Source of the DNA: an uncultured virus (IMG/VR IMGVR_UViG_3300001041_000009)
Lineage: Duplodnaviria > Heunggongvirae > Uroviricota > Caudoviricetes
Reading direction: 5' to 3' (one strand)
Virus record (IMG/VR): IMGVR_UViG_3300001041_000009
Location: 62,001 to 118,479 of that record
DNA length: 56,479 nucleotides
Shown here: positions 1 through 9,138 of the stretch, piece after piece
Layout of the letters: each line of letters begins with the position of its first letter
How positions within the stretch are numbered: position 1 is the stretch's first letter
Notes under the pieces: generated by a model
What the model was told of the DNA's origin: nothing
Databases searched by the model: none
Seen by the model: only the letters and a program-made list of their open reading frames with translations
Position numbers and translations under genes: made by a program

Positions 1-520
1 TATCTTTAAGTAATAACCTTAAATCGTTAATAGTTAGATTTGATCGGGTCCGTATGTCTAAAGTTGTGGAACGTATAAAATCTAAAGGTAACGATCCTCT
101 AGATATCACGTACTTCTTAATGTTTTCATTATATTTATTTATAGTTATTAAGTAGTCAGAATGAATAAATCCATCCTTAGTCTGATACCATGTTTCCGAC
201 TTATTAATAACTTCAAGTTTTTGATCTCTAACATATTGAGTAATCTTTTCGGATTCAATAGACGGTGCACTACGTACATTGAGGATATCAGTATCAACAT
301 AATAAAACTCACTAATTAGTACGGGTTCGGTAATTTTAGGTTCATCCACTTGTGCTATAGTTTGGATTTCAGTAGGTGCATTGTTTTGAGTAGTGGACGG
401 GGACGATATATTATTTGTATTATACCTAAATGATAAAAATATTAAAGATGTGAGAATAATATATGTTATAGTCATTAAAGTTATTTCAATAGATTTATTT
501 GTTTTAATCCTTTTTAACAT
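1..520 (-). CDS. Secreted/membrane-anchored SH3b-domain cell-wall hydrolase (partial, runs off window start)
   Basis: Manual translation from ATG at 520 (AAGGAG RBS): N-terminal TM segment, SH3b motif YVDTDILNVRSAPS..WY..GFIHSDYL, then SNLTINDLRLLL resembling the start of a glucosaminidase domain. Confidence 0.6.
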   Translation of the reverse strand, partial: MLKRIKTNKSIEITLMTITYIILTSLIFLSFRYNTNNISSPSTTQNNAPTEIQTIAQVDEPKITEPVLISEFYYVDTDILNVRSAPSIESEKITQYVRDQKLEVINKSETWYQTKDGFIHSDYLITINKYNENIKKYVISRGSLPLDFIRSTTLDIRTRSNLTINDLRLLLKD

Positions 521-582
521 TATTATAACAGCTCCTTTTAATTTCTTTCTTTATAGATATGTTTTAGATGTAGTAAGTAATA

Positions 583-623
583 AAAATTGTGTACATTCAG
601 ATTTACTGAATGTACACAATTTT
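583..623. terminator. Perfect 18-bp hairpin, intrinsic terminator
   Basis: AAAATTGTGTACATTCAG-ATTTA-CTGAATGTACACAATTTT just past the stop of 626..2563. Confidence 0.7.
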
Positions 624-625
624 AC

Positions 626-2563
626 TTATGCAAGCATAATTGTTTTGAATAATTTCTTAATTCCTAATATTGAATCATGTGATATATTTATTACTAATGA
701 GCCATAACCTCCATCCTCATAGAATTTAGTAAAATCAAATTTAGGATCAACTTTCTGTATTTCTTTCAAATATGTTTTAAAATCATTGATTGCAAAAGTA
801 CGAGCTTTTTCTGCATCTATACGTTGATCATCAGTGATTCTTGTTTTTTTATTGTAAATTACATCACGTTCAATAATACTAATTAGAGCGAATAAGAATG
901 CTAAGTTCTTTTTAGCAGCATCATAGTTTTTAGTTTTTAGATTAACTAATAATAATCGATGATTATCTGCGTACTCATCCATATATGATTTCTTCGGTTT
1001 CATTTCATATCTAATATTACCTTCTTTATCGATGTCTAACCCTTCAGTTAATATATTACTTAATAACAGAGTATTCTCCTTTTCATTCATCAGAATATTT
1101 ATTTTACTTATAGTCATAGGAGTTAATTTACTGGGATCAGTAGTTGTAAAGTTATTCTCAACATTCAGATTCTTACAATCATATAATTTGATCATTATAA
1201 CCTCTCCTGCAATATTAGTTTTACCTAGTATATACAATTTATCTTTATTGATACCAAAATATATATCACTACCATATTTATCATGGGTCATATATATATT
1301 ATCAAGTAAATTTCTTAGGCCTGTAAAGGTTAATAAATCTTTACTATCAAGATACAAACTATAATCTTTATTGTAATATTTAATGTTTCTACTAAGTATC
1401 ATTTCTGGTAAATATTCAATTATATTGAATATATCAATATTATCTCTAGGTACATCTTTTAATAGAAATGTTTTATCGTCATTAAACTGATCTCTAACAC
1501 AACTTATTTGGTTGGTCATCATTATAATATTTATTTGATTTTTAAGTTGATCTTTCAGATTGTTTAAATAATTCTTAGTATTAAGTAGATTCATATCGGA
1601 GGATTTAAGAACAGAATCCATTATCTCTTTTGGAAAACTTAATATCGATAACATAGAAGACTCCTTATCTTTAATAGAACTGAGGAAATCATTTAGATGA
1701 TCTTCCATAGATTTAAGAGTATCGAATGAAATAATTTCTTCACTATTTATACTTAACTCACGCCGATGAATGTAGCAATCAAAGAGAACTTCTTGAACTT
1801 TTCTTTCAATATGAAATATGTTACAGCTAAAATGATCTATTAAGTTTTGCAATATACTAATCTGCGCTTTAATATTTTTATCAGTTCCTGATATTTTAGC
1901 ATACATAGTATAACAGATATCTGATATAATATTGTAGAATATCTCATTATCCTCCTGAGTACTTGGACCTACAATAAAATGTCCATATAGAAAAACCGTT
2001 GTATATTGATTCTGCATTATCATATTTAATAAACGTAGAGGATTCATCATATGTAAACCAGATTCAATATCATTTTTGCATGAAGTGACTAATTGTGGAA
2101 TAATATTTTCTTGTAAGCTTTTTTCAAAATCCAATAATTCTCCTCCACTAGTCATCATTTTAGATTGTATATCATCTAATATTTCAGAAACTTTAGTATT
2201 GATATTACCATATTCAGGAATATCAACTAATCCCTCTAAAGCAAGATGATTAGTTGATCCCAAAGATTCAGTAATTATATGCTTATCTGCATATTTATAG
2301 AATGGATTATCATGATTAATCTTTATTTTCATATTTAGAAGTTTAGCCCTTTTATTGATATTGATAGCTAAAACCTTCTTTTGAAAAGCTGGACAGAACT
2401 TAAAAAACTGAATAGCTTTTCTGATATGATCTTCATCATTTAATGGATATTTTCGTTGCACTGGTAAACCGAAACTATCTTCAGGTAATTCTCTTCTATC
2501 TTTAGCTGATAACAGATTCTCATTAATTCCCATGAAGTTATAAATCTTTTGTTTATCCATCAT
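626..2563 (-). CDS. Hypothetical, probable virion (head) protein
   Basis: 645-aa ORF; N-terminal LSAKDRRELPEDSFGLP..RKYPLND motif; AACA-N6-TA at 2591..2602; ITES/LTEG-type putative processing sites. Confidence 0.55.
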   Translation of the reverse strand: MMDKQKIYNFMGINENLLSAKDRRELPEDSFGLPVQRKYPLNDEDHIRKAIQFFKFCPAFQKKVLAININKRAKLLNMKIKINHDNPFYKYADKHIITESLGSTNHLALEGLVDIPEYGNINTKVSEILDDIQSKMMTSGGELLDFEKSLQENIIPQLVTSCKNDIESGLHMMNPLRLLNMIMQNQYTTVFLYGHFIVGPSTQEDNEIFYNIISDICYTMYAKISGTDKNIKAQISILQNLIDHFSCNIFHIERKVQEVLFDCYIHRRELSINSEEIISFDTLKSMEDHLNDFLSSIKDKESSMLSILSFPKEIMDSVLKSSDMNLLNTKNYLNNLKDQLKNQINIIMMTNQISCVRDQFNDDKTFLLKDVPRDNIDIFNIIEYLPEMILSRNIKYYNKDYSLYLDSKDLLTFTGLRNLLDNIYMTHDKYGSDIYFGINKDKLYILGKTNIAGEVIMIKLYDCKNLNVENNFTTTDPSKLTPMTISKINILMNEKENTLLLSNILTEGLDIDKEGNIRYEMKPKKSYMDEYADNHRLLLVNLKTKNYDAAKKNLAFLFALISIIERDVIYNKKTRITDDQRIDAEKARTFAINDFKTYLKEIQKVDPKFDFTKFYEDGGYGSLVINISHDSILGIKKLFKTIMLA

Positions 2564-2642
2564 ATAACAACCCCTATCATATATTTATTTTAATACATTG
2601 TTCGATAACATGCTTTTAATAGATTTTGTATGATCCCGTAAA

Positions 2643-3063
2643 TTAACTTTTACAAAATCGTATCCAACCAAGTTTGGGTAAACGTATTGTATTATCTTTT
2701 ATAAGAATACTTCTATTCTTATTAGCATTAGTTCGATAACTTTGTTTTGGCCTCTTCTTACTCTTAAATTTTGGAAAATTTGTTTTCTCTTTAAAGAATT
2801 TTTGATAAGCATTATCTAAATCTCTTATTGATTGTTGAAGGGACACAGAGTCAGCTTCTTTCAACCATGGATTAATTTTCTTTAATGCTGTTAATTCTTT
2901 ACTACACATATTATAAGTAAAAGTGGTTTTATTAATCTCATAATATTCAATTTTTAAATTAAGAAAATAATTATATACGAATCGAGTACACCCCATTATT
3001 TTATCAATAATATTACTTTGTTTCATTATTAGGATATATACGAAATTTAAATGATTTATACAT
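2643..3063 (-). pseudogene. tnpB: Truncated, frameshifted IS200/IS605 tnpB remnant
   Basis: GGAGGTG RBS and ATG at 3063 give MYKSFKFRIYPN; a frameshift leads into GCTRFVYN..PWLKEADSVSLQQS..FPKFKSKK..LPKLGW, then a stop; RuvC half absent. Confidence 0.85.
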
Positions 3064-3135
3064 TAATAATATTTCACCTCCACTTTAATTAAGTGTTATT
3101 AATGTAATAACACTTAATTAAAGTTACGTTTCAAC

Positions 3136-3145
3136 TATATATTAT
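3136..3145 (+). promoter_or_regulatory. Early-type phage promoter motif TATATATTAT
   Basis: Same 10-mer upstream of genes at 4140, 5653, 12441, 36916, 37670 (+) and 23885, 33748 (-). Confidence 0.6.
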
Positions 3146-3177
3146 ATGATTGGAATAAATAATTAGGAGGAGTTAAA

Positions 3178-3564
3178 ATGTCAACAAAACTTAAAAATCG
3201 TAATAAAAAAATTATCGATAGGTATAACGCCGGAGAATCTGTTATTGAGTTATGTGAAGCATTCAATCTTTCACATTGTAGGATCAATGAAATAGTTAGA
3301 CAAATGACTTGGGTGAAATTAGATAAGAGTCTAGACAAAAAAGGAACTGGGCCAAATTTCTTAAAATCAACAATTCAAGATTTAAATTTATCTACTTTAA
3401 CTGTAAATAAATTATTCAGACTAGGTATATATACTATTGATGATCTTGAAAGTAAATTACCTGATATCGAGAACGATCAATATCTAAGTAAAAATATCAT
3501 TATTAATATTAAGGGTAGTTTAGAAGTATATAAGAACAATTTAGGTTTAAGAAATGTCACGTGA
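3178..3564 (+). CDS. HTH + RNAP alpha-CTD-like protein
   Basis: N-terminal sigma-r4-like HTH; C-terminal IQDLNLSTLTVNKLFRLGIYTIDDL matches the alpha-CTD pattern. Confidence 0.6.
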   Translation: MSTKLKNRNKKIIDRYNAGESVIELCEAFNLSHCRINEIVRQMTWVKLDKSLDKKGTGPNFLKSTIQDLNLSTLTVNKLFRLGIYTIDDLESKLPDIENDQYLSKNIIINIKGSLEVYKNNLGLRNVT

Positions 3565-3940
3565 TAATTTATATGGGCGAAATTTACAAATATTTAAAAA
3601 ATATAGTTTAGGTGAGTCTAAGGAAAATATTTCTGCTGAATTTAATATAACTAAAATTCAAATTGGATGTATTATTAAACGTATGATTTCAAAAGCAAAA
3701 ACATCTAAGCGATTAAACACAAATGATGATTTACATAAATTTATATCTGGTAGTATATATGAATTAGTAATATCTTCTTATTTAATAGATAAACTAATTG
3801 CATATAATGTATTATATATTGATGATTTAGAAAATGTTTTGATGGATATGAAAGAATTCAATTATTTAAATGAAAAGAATATTATTACATTACGAAGTGA
3901 AATTAAAAGATTTAAAAGAAAGAGGTTATTGTATGAATGA
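3554..3940 (+). CDS. HTH + alpha-CTD-like protein, tandem paralog
   Basis: Same length and architecture as the upstream ORF (GESKENISAEFNIT; IYELVISSYLIDKL..IDDLE). Confidence 0.55.
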   Translation: MSRDNLYGRNLQIFKKYSLGESKENISAEFNITKIQIGCIIKRMISKAKTSKRLNTNDDLHKFISGSIYELVISSYLIDKLIAYNVLYIDDLENVLMDMKEFNYLNEKNIITLRSEIKRFKRKRLLYE

Positions 3941-4192
3941 TGATTATGAGGTTTCTCCGATAGTATGTAGTTTTATGAATAACTGGAGATTTAAAAGCTT
4001 TGCATTGGGAATACATTTATCTAGTGAAAGTTTTGGGACATATAGAGAGTATTATATATTATTATCGCTAACGTTTTGGCAAGTTGCATTAGGTGTCAGG
4101 TTACGAACTCTTTAACAGATAATCATGTTCATTTTCATCTATATATTATACGATTAGTTAGATATAAAAATAAAGAGGAGTGTGGCCCACAG

Positions 4193-4639
4193 ATGAAAAT
4201 CAATTTTAAAGAATTATCCTATTACAAGAACGTAGCTAGACAATTAGGTAACAGAAATGAAATCGTAGAAACTATTCCGGTTTGTTATTCATATGAACAT
4301 ATTTCAAAAATCGCAGTTATGGGAATATTAGGTAGATTACAGCGTATGTTGCAAATCAAGAAGGTTCACTTCTTCATTGAGAGTAACTGGCTGAATGACA
4401 TAAATGGTAAATGTGACTTCGTTATCAATGCAAATCCAGTTCAGGTGGAATCTAAATACAGTTATCAGAACCTCATAAACTATGAAGATTGTTCCATAGA
4501 ATTTGATGAGTCTGGTATAAGTAATCTAAATACCATATTAGCATATGTTGGTAAATGTTTTAAAATTGATGATCATGTTGCAAAAGACGTTAATGCCTTA
4601 TGGGATAAATACATGCGGCATTATGGTATAGTTGAATAA
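4193..4639 (+). CDS. Hypothetical protein
   Basis: ORF track 4076..4639; likely start is ATG 4193 after GAGGAG RBS and the early motif at 4140. Confidence 0.6.
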   Translation: MKINFKELSYYKNVARQLGNRNEIVETIPVCYSYEHISKIAVMGILGRLQRMLQIKKVHFFIESNWLNDINGKCDFVINANPVQVESKYSYQNLINYEDCSIEFDESGISNLNTILAYVGKCFKIDDHVAKDVNALWDKYMRHYGIVE

Positions 4640-4650
4640 ACCTTTACTTA

Positions 4651-4694
4651 AGAGAATGAATAATATGGAATTAATTCCATATTATTCATTCTCT
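4651..4694. terminator. Bidirectional palindromic terminator
   Basis: Perfect 44-nt palindrome between convergent genes. Confidence 0.7.
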
Positions 4695-4768
4695 AATATT
4701 TATTTTTTTTTATAAATCGGGAGTTATTTGTCTAACAATAGCATCTACTTTTTCTTTAGTATAAATCA

Positions 4769-5572
4769 TCAATTTACCTCAATCGATTCCCTGACTATAA
4801 ATATAGGTTTAGATACTTCACCATCTTTGGATTCAATAAAGTTCTGTTTACTTTTCATAAGAAATTCAAAGAAAGGCTCATAATTCTTATTGAGTATTTT
4901 AATATAACTAAATTCTTTTTGGCTCATAAGAATTTCATCTTTTAGTTTCTCCTTGACATCATCCACAGCTTTAATCTTCGGGTGGGCGTTTCTGTTACCC
5001 TCACCCGATTTTATTTCAATCTCAAGATTAAGTGATGGTATAAATACATCCGGAAAATAAAATTTCGTTTGTCCTTCATATTCATAATAATATTGGTGAG
5101 GACTTGGGCTCATAATATCGTTTGAATCCCACTCCATCAATATATCAAGTAACTTTAAAAAGTCTAATTCATAAGTACCAGTATATATCATTTTTGTATT
5201 ATCGGTCCAAATATACTCACCTGATATACTCCTATTGGCTAACATTTTTTTTTGTTGATCTGGACTATTTAATAAATGAATCTTACCGTATTTACCGATC
5301 ATTCTTTGTTTAAATATATCTCGATATTTAATTTTACATTTACGCTCAGGCACATCACAAAACCTATTATATTTACCAGTTATCGGATTCCATCTAGTTG
5401 AGTTTTTACATATTATACAATCACCATGTTCTCTACCAGTTTTCAATGCATAATAATATTGTTGTGGTATATAATTTTTAGGTATAGATTCATTATGTTC
5501 CTCATCAATATGACTATAGACATCTTCCAATTCATTAAATTTACCATTACAGATAGGACATTTTATACTCAT
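4769..5572 (-). CDS. Zinc-finger PD-(D/E)xK (TnsA-like) endonuclease family protein
   Basis: CPIC..H..H finger, CIIC, and YFPDVF..LEIEIKS nuclease motif; late motif at 5602..5613. Confidence 0.6.
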   Translation of the reverse strand: MSIKCPICNGKFNELEDVYSHIDEEHNESIPKNYIPQQYYYALKTGREHGDCIICKNSTRWNPITGKYNRFCDVPERKCKIKYRDIFKQRMIGKYGKIHLLNSPDQQKKMLANRSISGEYIWTDNTKMIYTGTYELDFLKLLDILMEWDSNDIMSPSPHQYYYEYEGQTKFYFPDVFIPSLNLEIEIKSGEGNRNAHPKIKAVDDVKEKLKDEILMSQKEFSYIKILNKNYEPFFEFLMKSKQNFIESKDGEVSKPIFIVRESIEVN

Positions 5573-5693
5573 TAAAAATCCACCATCCTTAGATTTCATA
5601 TTAAGTATTTGTTTTCTACATTTATGGGAATCGTATACTCAATGTATTTAACTATATATTATACTCATAGATTAATAGAAAGAGGTAGTTAAA

Positions 5694-6404
5694 ATGACTA
5701 AAAAAGAATTCTTTAAACGGAGAACTTCCCTACAATGTCTACAAATATTCTTTAATGCTTTTGTATCAATGTCTATAGCTAAATTAATATTCGATAATAT
5801 CATAACAGGCCTTATTCTATTTCAATTAATTCAAATGTCTTCACAAGGAGTATCTTTAATATGGACAACATATTTAACCAATAGTCGAACCCGTTCTCTT
5901 GAATGGCAGAAAAGAATTCTTCCATATTATACTAAAATGAAATATTGTTTAGTTGTACTTAATCTAATATACCTGTCAATCGTATTAACAACTGGGTTTA
6001 AATATTTATTTTTAATGATGTTCATCTTTATGTTTCTCAATCCACTTATGGGTTTAATAAATGGTATTGAATCTAGAGTAGAAACCATAATAATGGATGC
6101 TAAGCATGTTGAAGATGTTACTTACTTATCATCACGGAAAGGTATATTTACTACATTATCAAGTATTGCCGGAACGGGATTTTCTTCAGGTGTATTATGG
6201 TTTACTGGTGCAACTGTATTACCATTATCAGTTTGTGTGATAATACAGCAAGGTATTAATATTATCGATGAAATTGAAATGAGTGGATATATACATAAAT
6301 ATATGAAAGAATTAAATGAATACTATGATACTCAGATAAGTGAATTAGGTGGTAAGAATAAATATAATGAAGTTATTATGAGTGATGAGATTAATATCGC
6401 ATAA
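5694..6404 (+). CDS. Multi-pass membrane protein
   Basis: About 5-6 hydrophobic segments; early motif at 5653. Confidence 0.6.
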   Translation: MTKKEFFKRRTSLQCLQIFFNAFVSMSIAKLIFDNIITGLILFQLIQMSSQGVSLIWTTYLTNSRTRSLEWQKRILPYYTKMKYCLVVLNLIYLSIVLTTGFKYLFLMMFIFMFLNPLMGLINGIESRVETIIMDAKHVEDVTYLSSRKGIFTTLSSIAGTGFSSGVLWFTGATVLPLSVCVIIQQGINIIDEIEMSGYIHKYMKELNEYYDTQISELGGKNKYNEVIMSDEINIA

Positions 6405-6522
6405 AAATAGCTAAGGCTATTTTTTTTGTATTAATAAGCTTAATCCTTAATTCTATCTAATTTCGAATACATATTAATAAATAATACAGTATTTGTATAT
6501 GCTCAGAGGAGGTGATTTTATA

Positions 6523-6942
6523 TTGGCAGGTTTCGGATCGGAAATTGTTTTTGGTCTAGATAATTTTCAACAACAAAAAGTTTTAAGTAGTAAAGATTCT
6601 ATAGTTCAGGTTTTATTAAACTTATTCTTTTTACGTCCTGGAAATATTCCAAGTTTACCATGGATTGGTATTAATATCAGATCATATCTATATAAGTTTG
6701 AAGAACAAATCGATGCCGAAGAACTAAAAGAAAAAATATATAATCAATGTAATGCTTTAGTTCCATATTTAAATCTGGGTGAAGTAAAAGCTTTTGTTGC
6801 ATCTTATAATGAGAAATCTGTCTTAATCATTGTAATTCCTATAATCATTGATGGTGTTACAACTGATGTTCTTTTCGGTTTTGGTAAAAATTCTGCGGGT
6901 GAAACATTGTTTAATTATCAATTTGATAATACCGCGAATTAA
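6523..6942 (+). CDS. Baseplate wedge subunit, T4 gp25-like
   Basis: LNLFFLRPGNIPSLPWIGINIRSYLY pattern; TTG start after GGAGGTG. Confidence 0.6.
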   Translation: MAGFGSEIVFGLDNFQQQKVLSSKDSIVQVLLNLFFLRPGNIPSLPWIGINIRSYLYKFEEQIDAEELKEKIYNQCNALVPYLNLGEVKAFVASYNEKSVLIIVIPIIIDGVTTDVLFGFGKNSAGETLFNYQFDNTAN

Positions 6943-6962
6943 AATAATAAGGGGGATTTAAA

Positions 6963-8495
6963 TTGAGTGGTATGGATGACGAAAATGTATTAAGAGATAC
7001 TGGGATGGATTTAAGCCAGCTAAAAAAAACTGCAACTCAGATAACTAAACCAACTGATACTGATGAGGATCTTACAGTATCCATTGGAAGTGATTGGGCT
7101 TCAGGTATTAAAATACACCAACCAGTAGTTGTTAATACTGATATCCCACAACTGCCTAATGATGGGGTAAGTTTATCTGATAAAAACCAAGAATCATATG
7201 ATGGTCCAGGTCTTGTTATTAACACGAATGAATTGGATCAGCAAGTGCAAAAAGCACCAGCACCTCCTGGCTTATCATACGATGTGATGGATAGTATTGG
7301 TGAATATATGCAGGAATATGATAAAGATACAGCCGAGATTATAGCCAAAAAGGAAGAGGAAGCTAAACAGAAGAAATTAGATGATGACGAAGAGTCGGAT
7401 GAAATGACACAAGATGAATTTGATCGCACTTATAATGAAGCAGTAGTTATTATTGATAAAACCGGAATGGGTAATGTAATTAATTTCACAGATGCTGAAA
7501 GAGATAAACTTGAACGGGCTAAAAAGATCATACTTGAAGAAGTTGAAACGATAAGTCTGAAAACTATTAAGAGTAAAAAGATTAAGAAAAAAGACGGTCT
7601 TGAAACTCTTATCAAAAGACATTCTAATATACATTCAACCCCTATAGTATTATTAGCATCCGGTTATACGGCCACGATACGAGGATGTTCAACGTATGAA
7701 GTAATGGCGTTAATGAACGATTCTCAAAATGCATTGTTAGATACTGAAAAGAAATGGTCATTGATCCATTCTAAAATAGAAGATACCAGTATTGGTAAGA
7801 TGGAATACAATGATTTCCTCCACCATACTGCGGCCATTGATTATAACATATTCTTATATGGTTTACTATGTGCAACTTATCCAGATGATGATAAAATCAC
7901 ATTGAAGTGTGAAAAATGTCCTACAGAATTCAGTCATCTTTATTCGGTAAAATCATTAATCCGGGCTGAGAAAATGACTGAAGCTATGAAGCACACAGTT
8001 TCCAGCACAATTGATGCATCACATTCAGTTGAAAGCGCCAAATCACATTATGCAGAAGCTCCGGTTAGTAATACGAAAACTATTAAATTACCAGTAAGTG
8101 GTATTATAGTAGATGTGTTCGTACAGTCGGCATATGACTTTATTAATAAATCTATCAAGGAATTATCAGAAAATAAAGAGGTTAAATATAATCAAGCCTC
8201 TGTTTTATCATCTGTCGTAAATAAGATGTTTATACCCGATCCAGATAATGAAGAGGAATATTATGAGATTGAAGGGGCATTCGAAATTGCCAAAGTGATT
8301 TATTCCCTTACTGACAATGATATTATCATCTTGACAAAACAAGGAGATTCTATCCTAGAAGGATTGAGTTTCGAATTCGGTTTAATGAATGTTCAATGTC
8401 CTAATTGTAAATATCACACTCAATCCTTACCAATGGATTTAGAAGCCATACTTTTTTACAAATATCAACAGGCAATGAGTACAAAAGTCGAATAA
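6963..8495 (+). CDS. Baseplate hub / tail assembly chaperone-like protein
   Basis: 510 aa, acidic N-terminus, two CxxC pairs (CEKC, CPNC); CTTTTTT slippery site near the 3' end. Confidence 0.5.
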   Translation: MSGMDDENVLRDTGMDLSQLKKTATQITKPTDTDEDLTVSIGSDWASGIKIHQPVVVNTDIPQLPNDGVSLSDKNQESYDGPGLVINTNELDQQVQKAPAPPGLSYDVMDSIGEYMQEYDKDTAEIIAKKEEEAKQKKLDDDEESDEMTQDEFDRTYNEAVVIIDKTGMGNVINFTDAERDKLERAKKIILEEVETISLKTIKSKKIKKKDGLETLIKRHSNIHSTPIVLLASGYTATIRGCSTYEVMALMNDSQNALLDTEKKWSLIHSKIEDTSIGKMEYNDFLHHTAAIDYNIFLYGLLCATYPDDDKITLKCEKCPTEFSHLYSVKSLIRAEKMTEAMKHTVSSTIDASHSVESAKSHYAEAPVSNTKTIKLPVSGIIVDVFVQSAYDFINKSIKELSENKEVKYNQASVLSSVVNKMFIPDPDNEEEYYEIEGAFEIAKVIYSLTDNDIIILTKQGDSILEGLSFEFGLMNVQCPNCKYHTQSLPMDLEAILFYKYQQAMSTKVE

Positions 8496-8716
8496 AACAA
8501 TTCTATGCCTTTCTGGATGAGATGCTTGAACTTTATAAAGGGCAGCTTGATATGGATGATTTTAAATATAAATTATCGTATCGAGAGGCCCTTATTATGA
8601 GGGAAACTAGAATAGAGCGTCTTAAACGAGAACGGGAAGAAATAGAAGAGGAACGAAAGAAAGAAGCAGAAAGGATGAAGAGTGAACAAGCCAGACAATC
8701 TATATTGCGAAAGTAA
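8453..8716 (+). CDS. Putative -1 frameshift extension (tail chaperone GT-like)
   Basis: The -1 frame is open from 8453 into the 64-aa ORF 8522..8716. Confidence 0.5.
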   Translation, partial: FLQISTGNEYKSRIKQFYAFLDEMLELYKGQLDMDDFKYKLSYREALIMRETRIERLKREREEIEEERKKEAERMKSEQARQSILRK

Positions 8717-8757
8717 TATAGATCCCCAGCCTGTTGGTAGTAAAAAAGTAAGGGGGA

Positions 8758-9138
8758 GTGAGAATGGAAAACGATATGATCATTATATTCAATCAATTAA
8801 CAAAGTCTGAATTGTCAGACTGTTCTCTATTTGAAAACATCTTGAATTATCATTATGAGAAATTTAAATTCTTTTATTCATTAATAAGAAATCTATGTTT
8901 AAAAAATGTAGAGAAGATAATCTGTAATGAACAGACTGATAAACTTCTAATATATATACATTTTAAAACAAAACCATTATTAAATAATTTCAATAAGACA
9001 TTAAAAACAGAATTGGGTTCTAATACTTACATTCACGCTAAATATTTTACTCTAGATGTCATTAAGAGTTCAAACAAAATAGATATTTCTATAATGAATA
9101 AAAATATTTCCGAGGAGCAAGAAATATATGAAGATTGA
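8758..9138 (+). CDS. Hypothetical protein
   Basis: 126-aa ORF with RBS, overlaps the RNAP start. Confidence 0.6.
   Translation: MRMENDMIIIFNQLTKSELSDCSLFENILNYHYEKFKFFYSLIRNLCLKNVEKIICNEQTDKLLIYIHFKTKPLLNNFNKTLKTELGSNTYIHAKYFTLDVIKSSNKIDISIMNKNISEEQEIYED

Noticed and set aside
393..707. Plus-strand 104-aa ORF and other short antisense ORFs (e.g. 1032, 7037-7634, 13200, 34047, 45170, 50205-50790)
   Set aside because: Shadow frames of well-supported opposite-strand genes, without RBS or motifs
2643..3063. Third TnpB as part of the intron/omegaRNA system
   Set aside because: Different sequence type, frameshifted, lacks RuvC and has no matching omegaRNA block
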